This document shows positions 18,388-28,891 of a stretch of DNA of 64,000 bases, piece after piece. The translations under genes and the position numbers were made by a program. Where the stretch lies: contig CABXJW010000001.1 of the NCBI GenBank assembly GCA_902512585.1, positions 8,300 to 72,299 on the forward strand, read 5' to 3'. A model generated the notes under the pieces. It saw nothing but the letters and a program-made list of their open reading frames with translations, had not been told where the DNA came from and made no database searches. This DNA comes from an uncultured Woeseiaceae bacterium (GTDB taxonomy: Bacteria > Pseudomonadota > Gammaproteobacteria > Steroidobacterales > Woeseiaceae). Positions within the stretch are counted from its first letter, which is position 1; each line of letters begins with the position of its first letter.

Positions 18388-19748
18388 ATTTTTTTTCGCA
18401 AGTAATTTAAAACATCAGCGCGAGTTATTAACCCTAAAAATGATTCATTGCTCATGATTGCAGCATAAGGTTGTACGTGCAAGAATGAAACCAAATTATC
18501 AAGACTGGTTGTTTTATTTAACTTAATAAAAGCTGTTTCCATAGCGTCACTGACGCTTCTATTCATCATCTCCGGCTTACCAAATACAAAACGAATAATT
18601 GTATCTTCAGTGATGATGCCTACCAATTTATTGCTACTTATTACCGGGAGTTGCGAGAAGCCAGCATTTCGAAGTCGATTATGTGCGGTAGTTAAACTAT
18701 CATCTGGACCAACAACAACAGTCGCTCTCTCATCATGAAGTCTGCCTATTAAATCTCTCAAATCACCATGTGATTCACGCTCTATAAAACCCTGATCTTC
18801 AAGCCAGAAATCATTAAAACATTTTGATAAATATTTATTTCCAGTATCACAAGCAAAACTGACTACTTTTTTACTCTCTGTTTGTGCTTGGCAATATTTA
18901 ATTGCCGCTGCTAGTAAAGTTCCACTTGATGAGCCAGCTAATAGACCTTCTTTTTTAAGTAACATGCGTGCGGCATCAAATGATTCTTGATCAGTAATTG
19001 AATAAGCTTGTTTGACTCGACTAAAATCAGAAATTGAAGGAAGAAAATCTTCTCCTATCCCTTCAACTAACCAACTGGCATTCTTATCATGCAGGTCCCC
19101 ATGATTTATGTAGTCTGCTAAAATTGAACCTTCTGGATCTGCCAATATTATATCCACATCTGGTGCATTATTAGCTAAATACTTACTAATTCCAGTGACC
19201 GTTCCACTCGAACCAACTCCGAGGACGATCGCATCTAACTCACCACTCATTTGTTCCACTATTTCTGGAGCAGTTCCAATTTCATGAGCTAAAGGATTAT
19301 CTGGATTAGCAAATTGATTTATAAAATAGGCGCCCTTTTCTTTTGCTAGTGCTTCACCGAGGTCTTGATAGTATTCTGGATGCCCTTTTGCAACATCTGA
19401 CCGAGTAAGCACAACTTCAGCGCCCATTGCGCGTAAATTGAAAATTTTCTCTTGGCTCATCTTATCTGGTAAAACCAAGATAAGTGGGTAACCTTTCTGG
19501 GCAGCCGCTAAAGCTAGACCAAGGCCAGTATTACCTGCTGTTGCCTCGACTATAGTATCCCCTGCCTTTAAATCACCCCTTTTTTCCGCCTCTTCAATCA
19601 TCGACACCCCAATCCTGTCTTTGATTGATCCAGCTGGATTCAGCAATTCTAATTTTAAAAAAAGACGGCAAGGGCCAGTATCGATATGCGTTAATTCTAG
19701 CATGGGAGTCTTTCCAACCATGTCTAAGATGTTCGAGAATACTTTCAT
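18384..19748 (-). CDS. Cystathionine beta-synthase-like enzyme (PLP-dependent cysteine-synthase fold plus a C-terminal CBS-domain pair)
   Basis: GKTPMLEL...NPAGSIKDR (PLP lysine), GNTGLGLA and [10 protein letters not shown] motifs, then two CBS-type repeats at the C-terminus. The start is set at the ATG at 19748 ([15 protein letters not shown]). The 67 extra N-terminal residues in the ORF track are low-complexity and would overlap prmC. Confidence 0.85.
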   Translation of the reverse strand: MKVFSNILDMVGKTPMLELTHIDTGPCRLFLKLELLNPAGSIKDRIGVSMIEEAEKRGDLKAGDTIVEATAGNTGLGLALAAAQKGYPLILVLPDKMSQEKIFNLRAMGAEVVLTRSDVAKGHPEYYQDLGEALAKEKGAYFINQFANPDNPLAHEIGTAPEIVEQMSGELDAIVLGVGSSGTVTGISKYLANNAPDVDIILADPEGSILADYINHGDLHDKNASWLVEGIGEDFLPSISDFSRVKQAYSITDQESFDAARMLLKKEGLLAGSSSGTLLAAAIKYCQAQTESKKVVSFACDTGNKYLSKCFNDFWLEDQGFIERESHGDLRDLIGRLHDERATVVVGPDDSLTTAHNRLRNAGFSQLPVISSNKLVGIITEDTIIRFVFGKPEMMNRSVSDAMETAFIKLNKTTSLDNLVSFLHVQPYAAIMSNESFLGLITRADVLNYLRKKI

Positions 19749-19824
19749 AATTCTTATAATTTCCGATAAAATTGAATTTAATATATATAACAAAGCATAA
19801 GACAGTTGCAACTTAAAAATTATC

Positions 19825-20649
19825 ATGGATATTGAAAGCGCATTTATTGATCTCAAGAACAAACTCAGACTAGTCAGTTCCTCTATAAGATTAGATAGTG
19901 AGTTATTATTAATGAAATCGTTAAATGTTTCTCGAGCCCACCTATACACCCATAAAGAAGATACTCTAACCGAAGATCAAAAAAATACGCTTGAGCAGCT
20001 TTGTCAACGACGTATGTTAAATGAACCAATGGCCTATATTTTGGGTAAGAAAGAGTTCTGGTCAAGAGAATTTGAGGTGTCGTGCGCTACTTTGATCCCA
20101 AGGCCTGAGAGTGAATTACTTATTGAAGAGGTTTTGAACTTAACTTCTGAAACTGAAAATAAAAAAATATTAGATCTGGGAACCGGAAGTGGCGTTATAG
20201 CTATTTCTATTGCACTGGAGCGACCCAATACAACAGTTATTGCATGTGATATTTCTAAAGCGGCCCTTAAAGTCGCGAAACGCAACAAAGAGCAATACAA
20301 TATAGAGAATATCTCATTTCAAGAAAGTAATTGGTTTCTGGAAATTCAAGAAAAGAACTTTGATATTATTATAAGTAACCCCCCTTATATAAAAATGAAA
20401 GATCACGCTCTCTCTCAACTCACGTTTGAACCGATTGAAGCCCTAATTTCTGGAAACGACGGTCTTGACGCTATTCGCCATATAGCGCTTAATGCTAAAT
20501 CTTATTTAAATATAGATGGCTTGTTACTTCTGGAGCATGGCAAAGATCAAGAAAATGAAGTCAATCAAATTCTAACATCAGCTGAATGGGAAGTTATTAA
20601 ATGTGTTCGTGATCTTAGAGGATTTCCAAGATTAACTGTGGCAAAGTAG
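19825..20649 (+). CDS. prmC: Release-factor glutamine N5-methyltransferase
   Basis: PRPESELL, LDLGTGSGVIAI SAM motif and NPPY motif (IISNPPYI). Confidence 0.9.
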   Translation: MDIESAFIDLKNKLRLVSSSIRLDSELLLMKSLNVSRAHLYTHKEDTLTEDQKNTLEQLCQRRMLNEPMAYILGKKEFWSREFEVSCATLIPRPESELLIEEVLNLTSETENKKILDLGTGSGVIAISIALERPNTTVIACDISKAALKVAKRNKEQYNIENISFQESNWFLEIQEKNFDIIISNPPYIKMKDHALSQLTFEPIEALISGNDGLDAIRHIALNAKSYLNIDGLLLLEHGKDQENEVNQILTSAEWEVIKCVRDLRGFPRLTVAK

Positions 20650-20699
20650 CTTTTTAATAAACTCATTTAAAAACTTTCAAACTAACTAGAGAAAAAAAC

Positions 20700-21185
20700 A
20701 TGATTAAGATAACTACCAATAAAGGTGAAATTGAAATTAATCTTTTTGAAGCCGAGGCGCCGATTTCATCAACTAATTTCAAACAATATATAAATGATGG
20801 TTACTATAAAAATACTATCTTTCACCGTGTTATTCCAAATTTTATGATTCAAGGTGGTGGAATGACAGAGGATATGCAACCTAAACAGACTAAAGAACCA
20901 ATAAAAAATGAGGCTGATAATGGGAAGAAAAATCTTCGTGGCACTCTAGCTATGGCTAGAACTTCGGAAATTGATAGCGCAACTTCACAATTTTTTATTA
21001 ATCTTGCGGATAATCATTTCCTTGATCATGGTGGTCGTGATTTCGGTTATGCAGTTTTCGCAGAAGTAGTCTCTGGAATGGATGTTGTAGACAGCATTGC
21101 AGCAATTAATACCCATATGAGTAATGGCCATCAAGATGTACCTAGTGAGGCAATAATCATCGAAGATGTAAAAATTATCGAGTAA
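20700..21185 (+). CDS. ppiB: Cyclophilin-type peptidyl-prolyl cis-trans isomerase (no signal peptide)
   Basis: 161 aa. [14 protein letters not shown] and SQFFINL motifs. Confidence 0.9.
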   Translation: MIKITTNKGEIEINLFEAEAPISSTNFKQYINDGYYKNTIFHRVIPNFMIQGGGMTEDMQPKQTKEPIKNEADNGKKNLRGTLAMARTSEIDSATSQFFINLADNHFLDHGGRDFGYAVFAEVVSGMDVVDSIAAINTHMSNGHQDVPSEAIIIEDVKIIE

Positions 21186-21189
21186 TTTT

Positions 21190-21936
21190 ATGTCAGATTC
21201 CACACTTTTTATGCAAAGAGGGGCTAGACATATATCGCTTCCACAGATTGGCCAAAAAGGTCAACAATTAATATCAGATGCCACTGTTTTAATTGTTGGC
21301 ATGGGTGGATTAGGCTGTGCTGCTGCAAGTTATCTTAATAGTAGTGGTATTGGAAGAATGATCATTGCTGACTTTGATAGCATTGACGCATCAAATCTAA
21401 GTCGGCAAATTTTATTTGGTCCAGATGATATAGGTAAATCCAAAATCATGATTGCAAAGAAACGATTGAATGAGATTAACCCTATAAATAATATCGAAGC
21501 TCTTTCTTTGAAAATTAATCAGCAAGAATTAGAGGCACTGCAACTGAATAATAAGGTCATCATATTAGATTGCAGTGATAATTTTAATACTCGTTTTGAG
21601 ATTAACAAATACTGCGTAAGATATGGCCACTATCTTGTCTCAGGATCGGCTATTCGTTTTGAAGGTCATTATAGTGTGTTCGGAAACGATTATAAATTAC
21701 AGCCTTGTTATGAGTGTCTCTATAAAGCAGAAGATGAATCATTAGAAGATTGCCAAGGGAGTGGTGTCCTTGGTCCTATTCCAGGTGTGATTGGCGCTAT
21801 GATGGCAACTGAAACCATTAAAATTATTTGTAATATTCATAGAAAAAATACTCATCTTAATATATTTGAAGGTATATCAAATGAGTGGCGTCAAATTAAT
21901 ATAAAAAAAAATAATACCTGCTCAATTTGTAATTAA
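21190..21936 (+). CDS. moeB: MoeB/ThiF-family E1-like adenylyltransferase
   Basis: VGMGGLGCAAASYLNSSGIGRMIIADFDSIDASNLSRQ nucleotide-binding motif and two CxxC pairs (CYEC, CSIC). Sits at the same position as moeB next to prmC in pseudomonads. Confidence 0.75.
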   Translation: MSDSTLFMQRGARHISLPQIGQKGQQLISDATVLIVGMGGLGCAAASYLNSSGIGRMIIADFDSIDASNLSRQILFGPDDIGKSKIMIAKKRLNEINPINNIEALSLKINQQELEALQLNNKVIILDCSDNFNTRFEINKYCVRYGHYLVSGSAIRFEGHYSVFGNDYKLQPCYECLYKAEDESLEDCQGSGVLGPIPGVIGAMMATETIKIICNIHRKNTHLNIFEGISNEWRQINIKKNNTCSICN

Positions 21937-21976
21937 TTTCTTTACCACTGCCGTCATTTTTCTTATCATGTTATGA

Positions 21977-22067
21977 AACGCCGATTTGTACCCGATTGCG
22001 GGCGTTCAATAAATTCAGCTAAATAGGAGCATTAAAACCTATCAAGCTGATGCTGATGGGTTTTTTT
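21977..22067 (+). promoter_or_regulatory. Structured 5' leader: candidate SAM-type (SAM-II/SAM-V-like) riboswitch or attenuator ending in an intrinsic terminator
   Basis: Hairpin AACGCC(21977-82)/GGCGTT(22001-06) encloses GATTTG...CGATTG. A CAGCTAAA tract lies at 22016-23. A terminator stem follows at 22038-60 with T7. Alternative pairings exist: ATAGG 22023-27 with CCTAT 22038-42, and TCAGCT 22015-20 with AGCTGA 22045-50. The downstream gene uses homocysteine. The riboswitch class was not verified. Confidence 0.35.
22038..22067 (+). terminator. Rho-independent terminator-like hairpin directly upstream of the homocysteine methyltransferase start codon
   Basis: CCTATCA (22038-44) / TGATGGG (22054-60), 7 bp including one G-T wobble, with a 9-nt loop, followed by TTTTTTT (22061-67). 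It is preceded by AAAA, so it could act in both directions. Confidence 0.55.
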
Positions 22068-22089
22068 GTAAATGAAAGGAAGCTATATA

Positions 22090-22995
22090 ATGGAAAATAA
22101 AATTACCTTAATAGATGGTGCAATGGGAACCGAAATAAGGGCTAGAGGTTTTGAGGTACCATCACACACTAATTCAATATGGTCAGCTCAAGCTCTGATG
22201 GACAATCCTAAGGTAATTGTGGATATCCATAAAGACTATATTCTTGCTGGGGCAGAGATCATAACTACCAATAATTATGCCGTTACCCAGAATTTATTGA
22301 GAAGAGAGAACCTCAGAAACAAACTGGAAGATCTGACTCTACTATCAATTGATTTAGCGAAAGAGGCACGAAAAATCACTAATAGTAATATCAAGATTGC
22401 AGCATCACTCCCACCTCTGGATACTAGTTATCGTCCCGATCTTGTGGGAGATATTGACTCACTGATGAGGAAATACTCTGAAATTGTAGAAATTGTAAAG
22501 AATAACGTAGATCTCATTATGATAGAAACTATGTCATCTGCAGCAGAAGCAATTGGTGCATTAAAAGCTTGTCAAGATACCGGTATGGAAGTTTGGCTTG
22601 GATACACACTTCATGGAGTTAGAAAGAATACACTTCCCAGTGGTGAATCACTCACCGATGCATTAACTGCTGTCAAAGAATATGACATTGATGCATTCTT
22701 GATTAATTGCTGTAGTGCGAATATTACTGCTGAAGCGATGAAAGTTTTAGCAGCTACAGTTGATAAGCCTTTTGGTGGATACGCTAATTCCGAGATTATA
22801 GATCATATTGAACGCGGCGATGATTCTCTTGATAATGCTGAAGATCTCCAGAGAGAATCTCGGCAATCAATTAATGCAGATCAATATTCAATGATTGTTA
22901 AAGAATGGATTGAATCTGGAGCAACAATTGTCGGTGGCTGTTGCAGAACTGGGCCAAAACACATAGAGAAATTGTATCAAATGATAAATAATTAA
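22090..22995 (+). CDS. mmuM: Homocysteine S-methyltransferase (MmuM/BHMT-type Hcy-binding domain)
   Basis: LIDGAMGTEI N-terminus and zinc-ligand cysteines (LINCCS, GGCCRTGPKHI). I use the ATG at 22090, preceded by AAGGAAG; the ATG at 22072 lies only 5 nt after the terminator T-run. Confidence 0.8.
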   Translation: MENKITLIDGAMGTEIRARGFEVPSHTNSIWSAQALMDNPKVIVDIHKDYILAGAEIITTNNYAVTQNLLRRENLRNKLEDLTLLSIDLAKEARKITNSNIKIAASLPPLDTSYRPDLVGDIDSLMRKYSEIVEIVKNNVDLIMIETMSSAAEAIGALKACQDTGMEVWLGYTLHGVRKNTLPSGESLTDALTAVKEYDIDAFLINCCSANITAEAMKVLAATVDKPFGGYANSEIIDHIERGDDSLDNAEDLQRESRQSINADQYSMIVKEWIESGATIVGGCCRTGPKHIEKLYQMINN

Positions 22996-23023
22996 AATTG
23001 ATAGGTTAAATTAGGCGCCTGCC

Positions 23024-23044
23024 CAAAAAGTGAGAGACTTTTTG
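23024..23044. terminator. A/T-rich hairpin between the convergent mmuM and gatB genes (possible bidirectional terminator)
   Basis: CAAAAAGT GAGAG ACTTTTTG is a perfect 8-bp stem. There is no separate U-tract beyond the stem arms. Confidence 0.35.
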
Positions 23045-23146
23045 TTGACCACATGATTTTTATCAAGAAGTTCGAGAACATCCTGATAAAATTTATCTGC
23101 TATCTTATCTGAAATAAACAGCCCAAGTGAGCGTATGATGTTGGTA

Positions 23147-24586
23147 CTATTTTAATTTCTTCTTTAAAATATCATTTACTTTTTTTGGGTTAGCCTTGCC
23201 TTTCGTTTCCTTCATAACTTGACCGACAAAATAACCCAATAATTGACCCTTCCCGCCCAAGTAATCTTTGACTTGTGATGGATTTTTTTCCATTACTTGA
23301 TTAACGATATTTTCAATTTCGTTATCATCAGTAATTTGGACTAAACCTTTCTTTTCAATGATTTCCTCAGCACTGCCATCGCCTCTCCACATAGATTCAA
23401 ATACTTCCTTAGCTATTTTTCCAGAAATGGTTTGATCCGCGATTTTATTTAAGAGACCGGCTAAATCATCAGCTGACAGTTTTGCATCTTTAATTTCTAA
23501 ATCATCCCGATTTAATGCGGCCGTATAATCCCCAATCACCCAATTTGCTGTAATCTGAGATTCAGTATTGGCTATTTTTTCTACTGCTTCATAAAAATCA
23601 GCCAACTGTTTACTTGCTGTCAGAACTTCAGCATCAGTAGATTTTAAATTATATGAGTCAATAAATCGCTCTTTTTTAACAGAGGGTAACTCAGGTAAAG
23701 AAGCTTTAATTTCGTTAATATAATCTTCTTCGATTATGACTGGTAACAAATCAGGATCAGGGAAATAACGATAATCATTGGCCTCTTCCTTGCTACGCAT
23801 TGGTCTAGTTTCATCTAAGTCAGCATCATACAGGCGTGTTTCTTGTGTGACTGTCCCGCCATCTTCAATAATTTCAATCTGACGCATGACTTCATGATTA
23901 ATGGCTTTTTCAATAAATTTAAATGAATTAAGGTTTTTCAATTCTGTTCTGATGCCTAATTCTTTTTGATCAAACCTTTTGATACTGACATTAGCATCAC
24001 AACGAAAAGAACCTTCCTGCATATTACCATCAGAAATTTCCAGATAACGCACAATGGAATGAATTTTTCGCATATAAGCAACAGCTTCTTTAGCTGAACT
24101 CATCTCTGGTTCAGACACAATTTCTAATAATGGTGTTCCAGCTCTATTTAAATCAATCCCTGATAATCCATCTAGTCCTTCGTGCACCGATTTACCAGCA
24201 TCTTCCTCAAGATGTGCACGTGTGATACCAATAATCTTCTCGTTACCATTGCCATCAAGAATATTCATGTTACCACCCACAACAATCGGTAGATCAAGTT
24301 GGCTAATTTGGTAACCTTTAGGTAAATCCGGGTAAAAATAGTTCTTTCTCGCAAATACAGAACGTGGTGATATTTCAGCATCTATGGCTAAACCAAAGCG
24401 AATTGCCATTTCTATGGCTTGCTGATTTAAGACGGGCAACGTACCTGGGTAACCTAAATCAACCAAACAAGCCTGGGTATTAGGCTCTTCACCGAATGCT
24501 GTTGAGGCACCTGAGAATATTTTACTACTCGTCGCCAACTGAGCATGGATCTCAAGACCTATAACAATTTCCCAATTTGAATTCAT
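23147..24586 (-). CDS. gatB: Asp/Glu-tRNA(Asn/Gln) amidotransferase subunit B
   Basis: [14 protein letters not shown]-terminus, GatB/YqeY C-terminal domain. The ATG at 24586 overlaps the gatA TGA (ATGA). Confidence 0.95.
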   Translation of the reverse strand: MNSNWEIVIGLEIHAQLATSSKIFSGASTAFGEEPNTQACLVDLGYPGTLPVLNQQAIEMAIRFGLAIDAEISPRSVFARKNYFYPDLPKGYQISQLDLPIVVGGNMNILDGNGNEKIIGITRAHLEEDAGKSVHEGLDGLSGIDLNRAGTPLLEIVSEPEMSSAKEAVAYMRKIHSIVRYLEISDGNMQEGSFRCDANVSIKRFDQKELGIRTELKNLNSFKFIEKAINHEVMRQIEIIEDGGTVTQETRLYDADLDETRPMRSKEEANDYRYFPDPDLLPVIIEEDYINEIKASLPELPSVKKERFIDSYNLKSTDAEVLTASKQLADFYEAVEKIANTESQITANWVIGDYTAALNRDDLEIKDAKLSADDLAGLLNKIADQTISGKIAKEVFESMWRGDGSAEEIIEKKGLVQITDDNEIENIVNQVMEKNPSQVKDYLGGKGQLLGYFVGQVMKETKGKANPKKVNDILKKKLK

Positions 24587-26052
24587 TTGAATCGCTCCGG
24601 GACTCTTGTATGCCAATCAGTTTTTTGTTGATAACGATGACCACATTGTAATAATGACTCCTCGCCAAAATGCTTACCCACCAATTGCAACCCAACCGGC
24701 AAATCATTAACGAAACCGCACGGTATTGACATACCAGGCAAACCGGCAAGATTTGCTCCAATGGTATAAATATCATTGAGATACATCTCAATAGGATCAT
24801 CCATCTTTGCACCCAAAGCAAAGGCAGGTGATGGTGTCGTTGGCCCAGCGATTAAATCCACTTTCGAAAAAGCGTTCTTAAAATCTTGACTAATAAGTTG
24901 TCTGACTTTTTGAGCCTTCAAATAGTAGGCGTCATAATATCCTGCTGATAACACATAAGTGCCTGTCATAATGCGTCGCTTAACTTCGGCACCAAAACCT
25001 TCGCCACGAGTTTTACAATAAAACTCATTCAAATCTTTGTAATTTTCAGCTCTATAACCAAATCTTACTCCATCATAACGCGATAAGTTAGATGAGCATT
25101 CTGCTGATGCTACTACATAATAGGTAGGCACTGATAATTCAATATTAGGTAGGTCAATTTCAATAATTTCAGCACCTTGATCTTCCAATACCTCAAGCGC
25201 CTCTCTAACAGCTTTGGCATTATTGTCATCCAAACCAGCATCAAAATACTGTCTCACCAAACCTATTTTTAAACCTTTAATGGATTGATTAATACTACCC
25301 AAATAGTCAGGGACAGGGACATCAACAGAAGTTGAATCATTTTCATCAAACCCTGCCATCTCCCCTAATAACAATGCCGCGTCCTCAACTGACCTCGCAA
25401 ACACACCTCCTTGATCCAGACTTGAAGCAAATGCGATCATACCAAACCGAGACACACGACCGTAAGTGGGCTTTATTCCTGTTATACCAGTTAGTGCGGC
25501 AGGTTGTCTTATTGAGCCACCCGTATCGGTACCTGTCGCCGCAGGAACAAGGCATGCTGCAACCGCACTCGCGGAACCTCCAGATGACCCTCCAGGTGAT
25601 AATTCTAGATTCCAAGGATTTTTTACTGAACCGTAATAACTAGTTTCGTTAGATGAACCCATGGCAAATTCGTCCATATTTGTTTTACCTAGCATGATAG
25701 CGCCGCTGGCTTTTAAATTTTTAACTACAGATGCGTCATAAGGAGGAATAAAATTATGTAACATTTTTGAAGCGCACGAAGTCAATATCCCATCAGTGCA
25801 AAAAAGATCCTTATGCGCCAAAGGCAAACCTAAGAGTGGCTTATTTTTCCCAACTGCCATTAATTTATCAGCATTTTTAGCCTCTGTTATAGCTTGCTCT
25901 GCGGTGACTGTAATAAATGCATTAAGCGATCCACCGTGTTCACTAATACGGGTAAGTAACGTCTCAATAACTTCTAAAGAAGTGAACTCTTTTTCACTCA
26001 TTCCTTGCTTTAATGCGCAAAGTGTCATGTTTTGTATATTCTGGGCTGGCAT
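24583..26052 (-). CDS. gatA: Glu-tRNA(Gln) amidotransferase subunit A
   Basis: Amidase signature [13 protein letters not shown] and [12 protein letters not shown]. The start is ambiguous (TTG 26070, ATG 26052, ATG 26028); I list 26052. Confidence 0.9.
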   Translation of the reverse strand: MPAQNIQNMTLCALKQGMSEKEFTSLEVIETLLTRISEHGGSLNAFITVTAEQAITEAKNADKLMAVGKNKPLLGLPLAHKDLFCTDGILTSCASKMLHNFIPPYDASVVKNLKASGAIMLGKTNMDEFAMGSSNETSYYGSVKNPWNLELSPGGSSGGSASAVAACLVPAATGTDTGGSIRQPAALTGITGIKPTYGRVSRFGMIAFASSLDQGGVFARSVEDAALLLGEMAGFDENDSTSVDVPVPDYLGSINQSIKGLKIGLVRQYFDAGLDDNNAKAVREALEVLEDQGAEIIEIDLPNIELSVPTYYVVASAECSSNLSRYDGVRFGYRAENYKDLNEFYCKTRGEGFGAEVKRRIMTGTYVLSAGYYDAYYLKAQKVRQLISQDFKNAFSKVDLIAGPTTPSPAFALGAKMDDPIEMYLNDIYTIGANLAGLPGMSIPCGFVNDLPVGLQLVGKHFGEESLLQCGHRYQQKTDWHTRVPERFK

Positions 26053-26062
26053 AACGGTAGCT

Positions 26063-26350
26063 TTAATCAATTACTTTTGGTACCAAATACATACCTTTAT
26101 TTATGTTTTTTGCATTCAATTGTATCTTGTCACGTTCATTATATTCAGTGATCTCGTCAATGCGTAATCTTTGACCTTGCGCCAATGGATGGGCCATCGG
26201 CTCAGTGCCATCAGTCGTTACAGCCTGCAATTGATCAACAAATTCAACAATACTAGACAGTTTTTCAACCACATCTTGTATTTCATCCTCTTTAATATCC
26301 ATCCTTGATAGCACGGCTAGATATTTTATTTGCTCTTTATTTAATGACAA
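26063..26350 (-). CDS. gatC: Glu-tRNA(Gln) amidotransferase subunit C
   Basis: The TTG at 26350 gives a canonical 95-aa GatC ([19 protein letters not shown]...) with GGAGA 6 nt upstream. The ORF-track start 26368 is also TTG. Confidence 0.85.
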   Translation of the reverse strand: MSLNKEQIKYLAVLSRMDIKEDEIQDVVEKLSSIVEFVDQLQAVTTDGTEPMAHPLAQGQRLRIDEITEYNERDKIQLNAKNINKGMYLVPKVID

Positions 26351-26464
26351 CTGAAATCTCCACCACAAATTTAAGCTAGAGTATAAAGTGAATTTAGATA
26401 AGATAGAATAACATATGATATCTTGCCCAAGGTCACCTTCATTTGGTAAATTATACAGTTATAA

Positions 26465-27532
<1,068 letters not shown>

Positions 27533-27553
27533 AGAAATACTAAAATTAAAGAT

Positions 27554-28381
27554 ATGGTAGTTGAAAAGAATCATCGCCCGCGTATACCTGCATTAAATAC
27601 GAAATTTATAGTTTTGATTCTAGTTAGTTTTGGCCTACTGATCAGTGATCAAAAGAATAACTACTTATCCATACTAAGAAATTCGATAACAATTGCGCTT
27701 CACCCCATTCAAGCAACCGTAGATTTTCCTCAAAGGCTCTTATACTGGATAGATAATACATTCAGTGAACGCAACGAACTAATCAAAGAGAATAAAATTC
27801 TTCAAGAAGAACGTTTAGTTAATTTGCAAGCATTACAAAGATTTGACTCACTTGTACAAGAGAATATTAGATTAAGAGAAATTTTAAATGCCTCTGCAAA
27901 ACTCAATGATAATGTTCAAATTGCACGCATTATTTCAGCAGATATCAACCCCTTCAGACATATCATAGTTATTGATAAAGGGACCCAAGATAATCTATAT
28001 GATGGTCAAGTGATTGTTGATACTAACGGTGTCGTGGGGCAAATACTTCAGACTAGCTTTCTTTCATCTCATGCAATACTAATCAGTGATACTGATCACG
28101 CCTTACCAATCGAAGTTAATCGCAATGGATTAAGAACTATAGCGCAAGGAAATGGTTCATATGACCGCCTTGATATCCCTTATATACCAAATAATGCCGA
28201 TATTAGAGTTGGTGACCTTATTGTAACTTCAGGTCTTGGTGGTAAATTTCCAGCCGGTTATCCAGTGGCATTAATAGATAAAGTTTCGCGTAATCCTTCG
28301 CAGCAATTTGCTTATGTTAGCGCTAAACCCACTGCATCCCTAAATCAAATTCGTGAAGTTATGTTAATAGATGAGCAATAA
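27554..28381 (+). CDS. mreC: Rod-shape-determining protein MreC
   Basis: 275 aa. Single N-terminal TM, coiled-coil region, LIVTSGLGGKFPAGYPVA motif, and position after mreB. Confidence 0.85.
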   Translation: MVVEKNHRPRIPALNTKFIVLILVSFGLLISDQKNNYLSILRNSITIALHPIQATVDFPQRLLYWIDNTFSERNELIKENKILQEERLVNLQALQRFDSLVQENIRLREILNASAKLNDNVQIARIISADINPFRHIIVIDKGTQDNLYDGQVIVDTNGVVGQILQTSFLSSHAILISDTDHALPIEVNRNGLRTIAQGNGSYDRLDIPYIPNNADIRVGDLIVTSGLGGKFPAGYPVALIDKVSRNPSQQFAYVSAKPTASLNQIREVMLIDEQ

Positions 28382-28885
28382 ATGTCAGCCGAAAATCAAA
28401 AAAATTCTAATAAACTTAGTGCCTTCATACTGGGATTAATAAGCATTATATTAACCATCGTTCCACTGCCAGATTTTCTAGCAAATTTCAAACCTGATTG
28501 GACTTTATTATTGTTAATTTTTTTATCTATAAATATTCCAAAAGAATTTAATATGGGTACAGCTTTTATATTGGGTATTTTAGTGGATGTTTCACAAGGG
28601 ACATTGCTAGGGCAGCATGCCTTTGCTTCTTTATTGGTCGTATTTTTAACTTCTAAATTACACTTACAACTGAGAAATTATCCACTTCTGCAATTGACAG
28701 CTATCATTTGCTTAATATTAATGATGTACCATTTCATTCTATTCTGGATTAATGGCGTTTCTGGGATATCTAGCTCTATTTATAGTTATGTGGGCCCCGT
28801 CATCAGCGGGACAGTGTTGTGGCCTATCATTTCAAAATTACTTGGTACGTTATTCTTATACAGCACTTCGAAAGAAAAAGTTTAA
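28382..28885 (+). CDS. mreD: Rod-shape-determining protein MreD
   Basis: 167-aa polytopic membrane protein immediately after mreC (0-nt gap). Confidence 0.8.
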   Translation: MSAENQKNSNKLSAFILGLISIILTIVPLPDFLANFKPDWTLLLLIFLSINIPKEFNMGTAFILGILVDVSQGTLLGQHAFASLLVVFLTSKLHLQLRNYPLLQLTAIICLILMMYHFILFWINGVSGISSSIYSYVGPVISGTVLWPIISKLLGTLFLYSTSKEKV

Positions 28886-28891
28886 AGGGTC

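Noticed and set aside
19749-19949. N-terminal 67-residue extension of the CBS ORF (ORF-track start 19949), which would overlap prmC by 125 nt
   Set aside because: The extension is low-complexity I/L/S/N-rich and has no counterpart in CBS/CysK proteins. The internal ATG at 19748 gives the canonical N-terminus ([15 protein letters not shown]).
22996-23146. 150-nt spacer between mmuM and gatB. It holds a 47-codon open frame on the minus strand (...DKIADKFYQDVLELLDKNHVVNKKSLTFWAGA*) and a 19-codon plus-strand ORF (MIFIKKFENILIKFICYLI)
   Set aside because: The minus-strand frame has no ATG, GTG or TTG start and opens right after a stop, so at best it is a decayed gene remnant. The 19-codon ORF has no RBS. 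I recognise no motif in either.
25796-26167. 123-aa plus-strand ORF across the gatA/gatC junction, plus the smaller ORFs at 25332-25643 and 25385-25615
   Set aside because: They are antisense or out of frame relative to gatA, whose amidase signature is intact. There are no supporting signals.
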